Below are positions 39,237 through 50,000 of a stretch of 64,000 nt of DNA, piece by piece (within the stretch, counting starts at the first letter, position 1; the number at the start of each line of letters is the position of its first letter). Both the position numbers and the translations under genes were made by a program. Below the pieces are notes generated by a model. The model had not been told where the DNA came from. It worked only from the letters and a program-made list of their open reading frames with translations, and did not search any database. Source of the stretch: an uncultured virus (IMG/VR IMGVR_UViG_3300030330_006853) (lineage: Duplodnaviria; Heunggongvirae; Uroviricota; Caudoviricetes); IMG/VR virus record IMGVR_UViG_3300030330_006853. One strand, written 5' to 3'.

Positions 39237-40204
39237 TAGAGAAGTGAACCCGTTCTTAAAGACTTAATTTTAGCTGTTAGCGAATCTTGAGGTGACCAGA
39301 GCTTTGCATCTTTATATGCCTCATTGAATTCTTTCCTCGACATCTCGCCGACGTCTTCTTTTCCTCCCAGGCTCATGATTTGCACCTGGATATTATAATC
39401 ATACAGCAAGTTTGCAATTTTTATCATTTTTAATTGAGCGTCTGCATCGAGGGCTAAAACTACCGGCGTTGAGTTTTTGGTTATTTTTTCAAACAGCAAA
39501 GATTCACGCGAAAGAGAAGAACCTAGAAGGCACGTAGAGTTAGGATTTGCCTTAACAAGATCAAATGGACCCTCTACTAACGTTATTTTCTCATTCCAGT
39601 CTATGTTAATGTCGTTGAAAATAATTTGGGTTTTGTTGACCTTTGCATTATGGTATTTCATGTAGTGACTGTCGTCGTAAGACCTTGCAGTAAAAAAATT
39701 TAAATTGCCTGTATCATCAAAAGAGGGCATGATAATTCTGCGCTTAAAGGCACCTTCAAAAGAAAGGCCAAACTTGTAATACCAGAAATCTTTCTTAGGA
39801 ATACCTCTTTCTTTCAAATATTTGATAGCAGCTCGAAAGTCAGGATCATTAGAAGACAGAGACTCAGATATCAGGCGAAAATCTGTTGGCAAAACCAGGC
39901 GTTCTTCGCCGGCGAATTCTTCAAGCGTATTATCGCTACCTAAGAATGTCTTGCTATATTTTAAAGCAACCTCTCTACCAAAAAATTTTCTTAAAATAGG
40001 CGTTAGGTTTTTGGACTTAAGGCCACACACAAAGCAATGGCAAAGATCATTGTCTAACCTAATTACAAACTTTTTCTTTTTATATGACTTGCCGCAAGAA
40101 GGGCACATTACATGTGCATTAACACCGTCTGACATTAAGTGTGCTGGCCCAAAAACCTGCTTTATAAATACAAGCTTTTCTTCAGTCGTGTGTATATGCT
40201 TCAC
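39236..40204 (-). CDS. DNA primase (DnaG/gp61-like)
   Basis: Zinc finger CPSC...CHCFVC; RIIMPS; TOPRIM LVEGPFD and ALDADA; KEDVGE. Confidence 0.88.
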   Translation of the reverse strand: MKHIHTTEEKLVFIKQVFGPAHLMSDGVNAHVMCPSCGKSYKKKKFVIRLDNDLCHCFVCGLKSKNLTPILRKFFGREVALKYSKTFLGSDNTLEEFAGEERLVLPTDFRLISESLSSNDPDFRAAIKYLKERGIPKKDFWYYKFGLSFEGAFKRRIIMPSFDDTGNLNFFTARSYDDSHYMKYHNAKVNKTQIIFNDINIDWNEKITLVEGPFDLVKANPNSTCLLGSSLSRESLLFEKITKNSTPVVLALDADAQLKMIKIANLLYDYNIQVQIMSLGGKEDVGEMSRKEFNEAYKDAKLWSPQDSLTAKIKSLRTGSLL

Positions 40205-40209
40205 ACATA

Positions 40210-40239
40210 AGCATAACTAGTTTTTTAGCAAATTTACAA
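40210..40239 (-). promoter_or_regulatory. Possible sigma70-type promoter giving a leaderless primase mRNA
   Basis: TTGTAA (40239-40234), 18 nt, TATGCT (40215-40210), then 5 nt to the GTG at 40204. Confidence 0.35.
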
Positions 40240-40780
40240 GTCCTGCTTTTGCAATAACGTAGGCATCGGACATATCATAGCACGAAGGATGAACTATCTC
40301 AGATCCCTTTCTCGGGCCTGACTTTAAAATCTTTTTAGGCCAATCGTAAGAAATAAGAGGCTTATCTTCCTTTACCCACTCAAAAACCTGCTCTTTTGTA
40401 TCTTTGCCTCTTATCACCTTGAGGCCAACAAGCTTTCGGGCAGTATTTACATTTAAGTATTCGGGTGAGCATTCAGTGTGTGACCTCACAAGATAACAGG
40501 CAATACCGTTAAATTTTGACAGTGTAGTAAGAGTCTTAGCTGACGATAAACCAGGCCTGAATTTTTGGAGGCTTTCTTCAACGAAAACTCTCTCAACTCT
40601 GCCCTGAGATTTGATTCTACGTAAAATATTCTTAATTTTTTCTTCAACTCGGTCGGCTTTTTCCCAAAAGCCTTTGCAGCCCTTAAAATCTTCATAGTCC
40701 AGCAGGAGCACATCTCCTTTCGTATTTAGCACACAAAATCCTGTGCAGGATGTAGAGATATCAAGGCCCAGTAAAAGCAT
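40217..40780 (-). CDS. RuvC-like Holliday junction resolvase
   Basis: LLGLDISTSCTG, VFVEE, LSKFNG, DMSDAYVIA. Start at ATG 40780. Confidence 0.82.
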   Translation of the reverse strand: MLLLGLDISTSCTGFCVLNTKGDVLLLDYEDFKGCKGFWEKADRVEEKIKNILRRIKSQGRVERVFVEESLQKFRPGLSSAKTLTTLSKFNGIACYLVRSHTECSPEYLNVNTARKLVGLKVIRGKDTKEQVFEWVKEDKPLISYDWPKKILKSGPRKGSEIVHPSCYDMSDAYVIAKAGLVNLLKN

Positions 40781-40781
40781 G

Positions 40782-43160
40782 CTAAAAATCGATCTTTGTC
40801 CTAAAGAGATACTTGTCTGAGTTTCGCTTAACAATAGGTTGTGCCAAATTAGTTTTCATAACAACGTTTAAATTCTCATCGTGGTAGTTTATCCCTGTAA
40901 TATACACAAATTCTGGATCTTTGTCATTTGCGTCAAGAGATGCTGAGACTATTTTAAACGCGGGGTTTGAAGATGAATTAAATAATCCAGCTTGAGCAGG
41001 TATACTCATTTTCAAGGTATGTAAGTTCTGCTCAGCATTGAAAGAAACTTCAAATTGATCTTTTCCAAATAGAGGAATGTTTGGAGTCTTTATAACAACT
41101 ACGCCTTCATCATAAAAGATGTTTCCAATTGAGTTCCATTTTGCATGCTCTGTCTTCGCATCTGCGCGATAAAGGCTTCCATATCCATCGTCACGTATCT
41201 TTATGGAAAGATGCCCTTTAGATCCAGTCACTGAACTGTCTGTTATCTCGAATGTTCCGGGTTCGATTCTTTTTCCGTAAAACAAATTGCTTATGTTGAA
41301 GAAAACCACTTCGTTAGAAGAACTGTCTCTAGTCCGCTGAAATATTGTTAGGACTTCTTTGGGATTGACCCCGGGATTCTCTGGAGAGGGGCCCATGACA
41401 TCATCTACAATTGATCCTGACTCTCTCAGGAGGCCGTCAAAAAGTGTGGACGATGGAACAAGCTCTGTCAGAGAAATAAGTGTAGGATCAAAAACCCCAA
41501 GATCATTAGTGAATTTATCATCAACTGTCCCTGATTTTATGTCTCTGGCAGTGGATCCGGATGCTACAAAATCAAAGTTAGGAATAAACCGGCCGTTGTC
41601 ACAAGGAAGCATAAAAATATTTCTGTATCGATTTGACCCTGTGGAATACAAATACTGGTTTGCAGTCAAGGCTTCCGAAGCATTAAAAGTTATTTCAGAC
41701 GCAGTGAGATGGTAGTGGCGCGGATACAGCTTAGACGCTATATCTTGAGTAAAGTTTTCAAGATTGAGATAGTGACCGCCTATCCCGAAAGATAATGCTA
41801 CGTTAAAAGGATCGTCCGTAGTTGCGCTAATTGCAAAAAATGGTGTTTGAAGGACTCCCCCTACACTATCAACTACTACTCTTCTCGGTGACTTCTTTTG
41901 AAAGAACGGTGGGAGATAAAGCTTAAGGCCGTCTAAGGTGGTAGGTGCTGTCTGAGACTGTGTTAGTATTTGGTTGTCTGTTCTATACTGCCCGAATATT
42001 TTTAGATCATGTATTTCAGCTGACAGTGGGTGACGCATACTAAATGTTGCAGGCTCAGTTCGTGAAGTGTCAGCTGGGACGAGATTAACTAAGCCGTCTC
42101 TAGTTGCTGACCTTGATGCAAAGAAAAGAGCTTGTGCGCTTGTTCCTCTGTTAATACCTTCAAAATAATTTCCAACTGTCAAAACATCAGGATTTCCTGA
42201 CACTGTGAAAGGTGCGGGAGCTAAAGTGCTTGATGGGATAACAAAGATTCCTTTCTGCTCATTATCAATAAAGAAAGATCCTGATCCTGCTGCTATTTCA
42301 GAAGTCCCCCATCTAATTGCCACGTGATGCCATTTGTCTTTAACTAGAGAATTATCATCTGACATGAATATTAGATCTTTGGGATAATTTCCCTTCGTTG
42401 CGTGTGAAGGCGGGAAGTCTGCGCTGTGACTAAGCTGCAACTTAAGACGATAACCTGATACGTTCCCGTCTTCATCAACTCTTGACCCTGATACTAGTGA
42501 GATAGCATATGAAGAACTAAGGTGAACAATAGTCCCTGCTTTAAACCCTATTGTATTTTTGTTTGTCTGGTTAGGTTTGATATAGAAATCAAAAGTAAAT
42601 GCCTTAGGAAGCACATACGAACCTGAGGCAGCTGATGTTGAAGCGATCGATGATGAATTTGGGAATAAAAGCGCTGCAGAGGGTGAAAATGACGACGCGG
42701 TCATAAAATTCATCGAATGATAATTTGTGTAAGCCCAGTTATAGTTTGATCCTCGGGGTCGATAAAAAGGATAAAGTATATTTCTTATTATGTTCTTTTT
42801 TGTAGTGTTAGTCGTGTAAGTTACTGATGGTTCAAATCGGGTTATTTCGATTGCCTTGTTTTTTCTAGCAGACTCACCCTGACGATTGACCTCAGTCAGG
42901 TAATTTGACATTTTATTCTGTATGTTGCTAGTGCCCTTTGTCTTTTGAATTGATCGAAGCATTCCTTCGATATTTGCGTCATTAAATTTTGATTCGTTAA
43001 AAGAATTGAGAGGCTTTACCTCTTTTTCAAATTCAGATCTTCTTGCAAAGACATTGACCGATCCTGTTACCCCGGATGAACTGGATGAGAAAGTTCTCTT
43101 TGGAGAAGCTTTTAAAGTGAAAAATTCAAAATTGTCACGATTAGTCCTGTAAATTGACAT
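40782..43160 (-). CDS. Virion/baseplate protein with a LamG-like domain
   Basis: FTFDFYIKP, KWHHVAIRW; C-terminal YITGINYHDENLNVVMKTNLAQPIVK...KIDF. Confidence 0.6.
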   Translation of the reverse strand: MSIYRTNRDNFEFFTLKASPKRTFSSSSSGVTGSVNVFARRSEFEKEVKPLNSFNESKFNDANIEGMLRSIQKTKGTSNIQNKMSNYLTEVNRQGESARKNKAIEITRFEPSVTYTTNTTKKNIIRNILYPFYRPRGSNYNWAYTNYHSMNFMTASSFSPSAALLFPNSSSIASTSAASGSYVLPKAFTFDFYIKPNQTNKNTIGFKAGTIVHLSSSYAISLVSGSRVDEDGNVSGYRLKLQLSHSADFPPSHATKGNYPKDLIFMSDDNSLVKDKWHHVAIRWGTSEIAAGSGSFFIDNEQKGIFVIPSSTLAPAPFTVSGNPDVLTVGNYFEGINRGTSAQALFFASRSATRDGLVNLVPADTSRTEPATFSMRHPLSAEIHDLKIFGQYRTDNQILTQSQTAPTTLDGLKLYLPPFFQKKSPRRVVVDSVGGVLQTPFFAISATTDDPFNVALSFGIGGHYLNLENFTQDIASKLYPRHYHLTASEITFNASEALTANQYLYSTGSNRYRNIFMLPCDNGRFIPNFDFVASGSTARDIKSGTVDDKFTNDLGVFDPTLISLTELVPSSTLFDGLLRESGSIVDDVMGPSPENPGVNPKEVLTIFQRTRDSSSNEVVFFNISNLFYGKRIEPGTFEITDSSVTGSKGHLSIKIRDDGYGSLYRADAKTEHAKWNSIGNIFYDEGVVVIKTPNIPLFGKDQFEVSFNAEQNLHTLKMSIPAQAGLFNSSSNPAFKIVSASLDANDKDPEFVYITGINYHDENLNVVMKTNLAQPIVKRNSDKYLFRTKIDF

Positions 43161-43178
43161 TGCACTTCTCTAGTGATA

Positions 43179-44432
43179 CTAGAAGTCTAACCGAACTCTA
43201 AACGTGATATCCTTCTCGAAATTCTTCTCAACTGGCCTACTAAGCTTTGCCACAGCCAATAAATTATTTTGGCTATCATACAAGCCTACGGTAGTTACCA
43301 TTGTAAAAGAAAGTTGCGATCCCCCTTCAGAAATTCCTTCTCCTGCATCAATTGCTCTGATTCTGTTATCAGAATTAATATAAGTCGGGTTAGAAGAGTA
43401 GTTGAACTCATCAGCAGTAGCGCGGCAGAAAAACAAGGTTGAGTTTATGTTTGTCTGGTTCTGAAAAGTTGCTGCCGTCAAAGTCCCGGAAGAAAAACGC
43501 GTAGTCGCAAAATGATCAACGATATCATCAATGGATGCAGATGTGAAAAGATCGGGAATAAACTTGGCGCGTGCGTTATGAGCTGCGTTGCCGATTACAA
43601 CCTTGCCGGCGGCAGTTGCGCCATCCCCTGCTGCTGGGCTCATGCCGTCAATAACGCCTGAGACATGTTGTGTGCCTGAGATTACTTTGGAAGCATCTAG
43701 GACTACGATGCCCTTGTCGTAGAAGATCAGACCCACGTTATTTGCAGTATTTGCAGAATCAACAACGTTTCCTACCTGGCCCCCGAATGCGGATTCTCTA
43801 TTGGAAGCTGCACCGACGTCCGTAAAAATTGCTGAACCTGATTCTGATGTTTCTGAGAGATTGACTCCCCCCTGGCCAGGGTCTCCTATTGAAGCTGAAG
43901 TATACATCTTTACAGCGAAGGTTTCTCTTTTAATTCCGTCTCTATGAAACAGTCTCTTAAAGTTAAAGAAAAGAGCTTCGTTTACTCTACCCGCGGTTGC
44001 TACTGAAGTGGTGTCAGTAGATGAAAAAGGTGAGTAGAAAGCAGAGTCAGCATTTCCTAAGAGGTTTTGAGCAAACTGCTTGTAGACATCGATTTTCTCT
44101 CTCATCATGATGGAAGTAGAAGGAAACAAAAACTTCCCTGCTGAGTCTTCACCTGATTTTACACCTGTCACAGTTGTTCCAGAAGAAAACAGGCCTACCG
44201 TCATGTCAAAAACTGCGTTCGCAGTTTGAAGACTAAAGTCTTGGTCGAAAATCGTCTGAAAAAGCGATGACGTCACTCCTGGGCCAACGCCACCAGTTAC
44301 AAATACCTGGTATTTCTTTCTAGTTGTTGAACCAGATATATCTTCTTGTATTACGTCAATTAGCTGGTTCAAAAACGACCGTGCTGTTCTAATGTCTGTA
44401 TCGGGAAATAACTCTTTATAAACGAATGCCAT
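43179..44432 (-). CDS. Virion/baseplate protein, C-terminus paralogous to 40782..43160
   Basis: EFNYSSNPT...TTVGLYDSQNNLLAVAKLSRPVEK...RVRLDF. Confidence 0.6.
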   Translation of the reverse strand: MAFVYKELFPDTDIRTARSFLNQLIDVIQEDISGSTTRKKYQVFVTGGVGPGVTSSLFQTIFDQDFSLQTANAVFDMTVGLFSSGTTVTGVKSGEDSAGKFLFPSTSIMMREKIDVYKQFAQNLLGNADSAFYSPFSSTDTTSVATAGRVNEALFFNFKRLFHRDGIKRETFAVKMYTSASIGDPGQGGVNLSETSESGSAIFTDVGAASNRESAFGGQVGNVVDSANTANNVGLIFYDKGIVVLDASKVISGTQHVSGVIDGMSPAAGDGATAAGKVVIGNAAHNARAKFIPDLFTSASIDDIVDHFATTRFSSGTLTAATFQNQTNINSTLFFCRATADEFNYSSNPTYINSDNRIRAIDAGEGISEGGSQLSFTMVTTVGLYDSQNNLLAVAKLSRPVEKNFEKDITFRVRLDF

Positions 44433-44447
44433 TGCTTATCCTAACTC

Positions 44448-45176
44448 TTACGACGGCTTTGTAATCTGAACTTCAAATTCCTTAACAGCACCAGATGCTG
44501 TCCCTCGAACCAAGATAGATGTCTTGATAAGATTTTTATTAGTTGAAGTTCCAAACACCGTAAATTGAGCGTCTGAAATTGATTGTGTGGAGATAGAAAA
44601 CGCAAGTTTTCCACCTTGTTGAGAAGTTGCTTGATCCGCTGCCTCTACTAGGTAAGACGCAATACCCTGGCTGTCAATAGCTTCTGGTTGCTCATCTGCA
44701 GGTGAAGAAATTCTCAAAAAGTTGTTATTCATCTTGACTTCAAACGCTGCATCTCTAAGATCAGACGGAATCTCTGCTTCGCCTGTTATGATCTGCTCTA
44801 TAGTAACAGACTTTGTGCTTGGAGTTGCTTGATTTCCTTGAGCGCCTAGCTGCACAACGTTTCCAGTAGTCTGCGTTGCGCTAAACGACAAAGATGGAAG
44901 CCTGACAAGGTTTGGATCTGGGACTGATATGAGCCTAAACTTTAGTGCAAACGCTTGATTTGTCAAAGCTTCAAAAACCGGAGTATTTTTTTCAATTTTC
45001 TCTTTGCCGACTGTTCTGCCGTATTTTTGAATAATGGTGTAATCGACTTCGTCGTCTCCGAGCGCGAACTGGTCGATCGCAAAGCTTCCATCATTTCTTG
45101 CTAGAAACTCTCTGCCTAAGTCAGTAAGGACGGCATCTAAAATTATGTTATTCGTTGATTGGTCAAGAAAACCCAT
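44448..45176 (-). CDS. Virion/baseplate protein
   Basis: MGFLD...DAVLTDLGREFLA...FAIDQFALGDDEVDY; SD AAGGAG. Confidence 0.6.
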   Translation of the reverse strand: MGFLDQSTNNIILDAVLTDLGREFLARNDGSFAIDQFALGDDEVDYTIIQKYGRTVGKEKIEKNTPVFEALTNQAFALKFRLISVPDPNLVRLPSLSFSATQTTGNVVQLGAQGNQATPSTKSVTIEQIITGEAEIPSDLRDAAFEVKMNNNFLRISSPADEQPEAIDSQGIASYLVEAADQATSQQGGKLAFSISTQSISDAQFTVFGTSTNKNLIKTSILVRGTASGAVKEFEVQITKPS

Positions 45177-45205
45177 CTATGTTCTCCTTTTCATTCGAGG
45201 GGGAG

Positions 45206-47035
45206 CTACGTGCTAAGATCTTTGATAAGTATATCAATAGATTTAGATTGCTGTAAATCTGTGTTGAGAAGCTGTAAAATATACTTTCCCTTTTCTTCGT
45301 TAGTTAACAAACTTTGTTCGTCAGCTGATTCAGATCCAAGCCTTTTTAAAGATTGATCTACATCTAAATATTCTGGATCAAAATAAATTTTTATTCTCTT
45401 TGCTTCTGATGTTGAAATAGTCTGCTTAAAGAGCGTCTGTTTAATATAAAAGTTAGGGTATTGCCTCGGGGCACCTGATCTGGAAATTCTTCTAGAGTTA
45501 ATTCTGTTCTTTTCTATATCAAAACTGACTTGTATCTGATTGCTGTAATTTGACGACTGTCCGTGAGCATCGACGCATGCTATAGCATAAATATAAGATT
45601 CGTTTTTATCAAACTCTTGGTCTATAAAGAGAGTTGCAGGCTGAGTGATCCTAGTTACGACGTCTGGGTTGATAATTTCTCTTCCTACAAAACGCACATC
45701 TGAGTTATCAAAATCGAGCACGTTTATCAATGTGAAGGATTCTTCTATTGTTCTTCTTCTAAAAATTTGAAACTTTACGATATCTCGCTGTGGATTTGTC
45801 GGCATGTTCCACATCAGCCGCGAGCCCTTTTTGGAATAAGAATAAGTTACAGTAAGATCCCCAACCGGAGGTGGAGGAACTGGTTCGTGACAAACAAAAG
45901 TTCGTCGTGATGTCGGTCGGCTTGTCATTAGCATGCTTCGAACCACATACTGGTTGGTTCTCCTAGAAGTTCGGAGAAGCTTTAAAGAAACAATAGTTCG
46001 GATTGCATATGAATAAGTCGTGCCATACTTTATTTTAAAGTCTACGTAAGAGCTAGCCTTGGGAAATGGAACAACAATGGGGTCATGTTGTATATAAGCA
46101 CCCGAGTCTAATAGTTCTCTCTTGTCGATTACATAACCGACAACGCTAAAGTTTGTATCGTAGTTACTGCTAGACACATTTCTTAAGCTAAACGGGCTTG
46201 GAAAAGTTTGTCTAAAATTTCTTGGCCCAAGCCTTAGACTAGAGAAATTTGTGATGGCAGCATCCTGGATCTCTTCGGACCTTTTCTTTAGTGGTATTAA
46301 CTCTTCCGCGAATAAAGAAAGAGGATCATTAATAGTGCTGTTTACTACGGAGTCTAAAAATTTGGCATTAACTCTAGTTCTCACTGATAGTTCTTGAGCA
46401 GCTTGAAATGATCTCTTGGTCATGTCAGCCCGAGAATCAGGTGAAATATAAGCTTGGCCTGCCCTCTCTAGATTGTTAAGTGCGTCGGTGATGAAATTTG
46501 CGTCAGCGCGAGATACCCTGTTGAGAGCTTTTGCTTTGTCGGTTTGCGTCTTGGACATAACTTCGTCAAGATCTTTTTTTGCTTTTTCAATATTTTTCTC
46601 AACAGAGTCATTGTTGCGCCTAACTTCTCGCTCATAGGCTTTTTCTACTAACGTGAAGAGCTTATCTCTCACGTTTGTGTCCTGCAAGTCTAGGGGGACA
46701 AAACCATTTTTTGTCACTCCCAAATCATTAACAAACTTGTCTGAACTTCTTTCTAAAGTTCTTCTTGCTAAGGTTTCATATATAGTGTGATTAGCAGGCG
46801 CAAAGTCCAGCCTCACAAACCTGGGAATCTGCGTGCTGAATTTATTTAACTGCTTATTTGTTATCTCTTCACCGGGTATGGAAGATAACTCATCAGGAAC
46901 CCTACCGAGATCGTTTGTAGCCTCGTCTTTTACATAATAGTTGTAAAAGAATTTCGCTTTAAATTTTTTGGTATCTGGTGATGGGAAGTCCATCACAGGA
47001 ACAATGGGTGTGGGGACTGAGTTTTGAACTGTCAT
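45206..47035 (-). CDS. Putative virion protein with Fn3/Ig-like domains
   Basis: YVDFKIKYGTTYSYAIR; PPPVGDL...LMWNMP...FQIFRR...YIYAIACVDAHGQSSNYS. Confidence 0.55.
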   Translation of the reverse strand: MTVQNSVPTPIVPVMDFPSPDTKKFKAKFFYNYYVKDEATNDLGRVPDELSSIPGEEITNKQLNKFSTQIPRFVRLDFAPANHTIYETLARRTLERSSDKFVNDLGVTKNGFVPLDLQDTNVRDKLFTLVEKAYEREVRRNNDSVEKNIEKAKKDLDEVMSKTQTDKAKALNRVSRADANFITDALNNLERAGQAYISPDSRADMTKRSFQAAQELSVRTRVNAKFLDSVVNSTINDPLSLFAEELIPLKKRSEEIQDAAITNFSSLRLGPRNFRQTFPSPFSLRNVSSSNYDTNFSVVGYVIDKRELLDSGAYIQHDPIVVPFPKASSYVDFKIKYGTTYSYAIRTIVSLKLLRTSRRTNQYVVRSMLMTSRPTSRRTFVCHEPVPPPPVGDLTVTYSYSKKGSRLMWNMPTNPQRDIVKFQIFRRRTIEESFTLINVLDFDNSDVRFVGREIINPDVVTRITQPATLFIDQEFDKNESYIYAIACVDAHGQSSNYSNQIQVSFDIEKNRINSRRISRSGAPRQYPNFYIKQTLFKQTISTSEAKRIKIYFDPEYLDVDQSLKRLGSESADEQSLLTNEEKGKYILQLLNTDLQQSKSIDILIKDLST

Positions 47036-47038
47036 CTC

Positions 47039-50000
47039 TTATTGTTCCCTTCTAGACACAGTAACGAAAAACTGGTTAAGTGTTGCCCTATTGAGATATC
47101 TTGCAGATGACGTAAATCTTCGGCCATCGCCTGATAAAATACCAGACCTTATAAGATTCACGCGGTCTCTATAAGAAGTTCTATCTCCGTCTATCTCAAA
47201 GCTGTCAGGATCTACAAGCACTGTAAATACTCTTTCAAAAAGCTTTGGTGTCAGAGCTTTCTTCCTTAAAACCCCAGGAGAAGTTAGTGCAGACTGGGGA
47301 GAAACGAGCTTAGAGAGATTGACGAGGTCTTCAGATATTTTTATGTTTTGATCTCTAGAGGCATTAGCTATTTCCGAGCTTACTTCTTTTAAAACTCCCT
47401 GGGTTTTTTCTCCTGTCTTTATTCTTCTTACGACATCTCTCATCTCCGGATTTTGAAGTGCAATCTGGTCGAGCGTAAGTCCAGGTGCTAGATTACTTAC
47501 ATGACCCTGGACAAGTGCGTTGAATTCTGCCAAGTCTGAGCTTTGTAGACTTTGAGCTTCGTCGTTTACGACATACAGAAAAGAAGACTCGGAAGGATCA
47601 ATGCCCGTCAGAAGCTTTAAATACAAGTGGCAAAAATGACTCTGGACAGTGTTGAAAATCACTTCATTCATTGTCTCGTTTGAATACTCAGAATACTGGT
47701 CTCTGTTTGGTAGTGCAAAACCTACAGTGTCTAGGACTTGCGGATCTCTATTGACTTGAATGTCTCTGGTAACTCCAAACTCTTGAATTATTTGCTCGAA
47801 GTTCATTGTATTGTCATCTGGTATTTCATTCAAGCCCTTGAAAAATCTCGAAAGTTCAAAAGAAAACGTGGCCGGCTTAAAAATAAGCTTGTCATAATTA
47901 AGGTTCTTCATGTAGACATTGACATCAACAATATCTTTCTGGTTGCCTTGGCCTTGCCTAATTTCTTGACGTGTTTTTTTAGTTATAAAGCTCGTTAGGC
48001 CTGCTGGAAGGCCTACAGTAATCATTTTAACATTTTTAGATTTTGGACCGTTTAGAGAAATTTCAGGCTGGCCACTGGCGCCTCGAGGTCGATTCATTGT
48101 TGCAAATTTTTTCAAAGCTTTTCGAGTTGAAGAATCGATTAAGTCTGTAGGGAAAAATACAGGATTTTCATCAGTCTTGAATTTTAAATAATTTTCAAGA
48201 GAGTTGATACCTAGCACAAGCTGAGGTTCATCAACTACAGAAAGCTTTTGTTTGGCATTATCCTCACCGAAAATTTGCGTCAAAGATTCTGCGCTGGGGC
48301 CTTCCGGGTCTGTAAGCAAAGCTAGGCTTCCATATCTCTTAGCGATATTTTCAGGAATTGAGCGCATAATTTCTAGTGAGTTTAAATTGATCGATATATC
48401 TTTCTCTAATATTCTATTAAGTGACCTTAAAAATTGTGATAATTGTGACTGAGGGTCGACAGCGTCGAGGCCCCCTTGCATGTATTGGTCAAGCGATTGC
48501 TTAAAGTCTAAAGTTTCTTGCTTGTCAATGTGGACATAAAATTGTCGCTGGGCTCTGTCGCCCTGATTTTTAACACCAAATGATGGGTGAAAGATTATCC
48601 TAGGCATCTTTTGGATAATCATGCTATAAATTGACATGACAGCAGCTATCAAAGAACTTGGAGAAATATTGTTAAATCTTGTTCCGGCGTCGTTATCAGG
48701 CCTGTAGGGATTTCCTCTTTCCTTCACTTTTTCATCGAGTTTTTCAACGACCCCTAGAATTTCAGAAAAAATACTGTTTGAGGCTGTGATAGAAGCTCCA
48801 AAAAATGCCGTAGCCGCGGAGTCTCGATATCTAATTCTCACCTGAAACGCATCATCAGTAGTGTCTTGATTGGGGTTTGAGATGCTATCAGCATAGGGAT
48901 ATTTTTGCCCGACCCAGTCTGAAAGTGTTCTCGCATAAATGTGCTGGTATGCAAAATTTCCAAGTGGAGTTGTCCCGTTTTTTACATCATCAGGTAGCTC
49001 ATTTCTCGTCCAAGGCCGACCCTTAAGAATTGAAAGAAGTCTAGGCTCATCAAGATTTGACATCTTTTCAAAAGCAATAGAGTTTGAGGTTCCGCTCTCA
49101 AATCTCTTTAAAGCCTTTAGCAGTAAAATTTGCTGCACTAGTTCAGCGGCAACATAAATTCCTGGTTGCCAATTACTGATCCACGTCAGAAGCGCTAGCT
49201 GGAGTGCCATGCTGGGATCATATGTCTCTACATTGTCTGTTGGGTTGAGGACATCAAAAAGCTTTGCAATAGACTTAATAATTTCATCAACCAACTCTTG
49301 TGCAAAAACTCCGGTGCCGTCATGCCCGAGAAGGGTATTCATGACTTCATAAGCCGCTTCTGATTTGTCTAAAGCTTGATCTTTAAATTGGCTAGCTGGA
49401 TTTAAATTTATGTTCTTGTCCTTCGTTTTAGTAATCGAATCAACATAAAACTGCTTACCGGTCTTGCTAGTTGTAGAATTGTTGGGAAGAGGCGTTGATT
49501 CAAAAGGAAAAACTTTAATGTTTCGGTTATTAACCCGCTCAAACCTTCTAGCAAGCGCGGCTACTGAGTCTGGTTTACTATATTGGGGCCTGGAAAGTGC
49601 AGTTTCGCCCGGTATTCCTGTTATTCCATCAAAAACGTCACCTGTTAGGGACTCATTAAACTCTTCAGATAAAATAGTCTGTATATTTGAGTTATCGAGC
49701 CCTGATGATATTGTATATTCTTTTGTTATAAAACGCGAATATTGAGACACTGCGGTTGCGAGTTCTCCGGGTGTCCTATAAGAGCTAGCACGCTTGTTTC
49801 TAAACAGGCTCATATCTTCCTTCTTGACAGGAATGAACGGCCTACCAGAGCCTTTGTAAAATTTATTTGCCCAGTCTGCTCTAAAACGAGACCTTGCTTT
49901 TCTTACAATCTCGTAGTCATCATCGAGGTTAAATCGCAACTCTTCTTGTTCGACTAATGCATCATCATATCTGTAAATTTCCACAATGTTCTTGTGGAGA

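Noticed and set aside
33767..40204. Inteins, introns or homing endonucleases in terminase, primase or recombination genes
   Set aside because: Lengths and motif spacing are normal, and I saw no splicing or endonuclease motifs.
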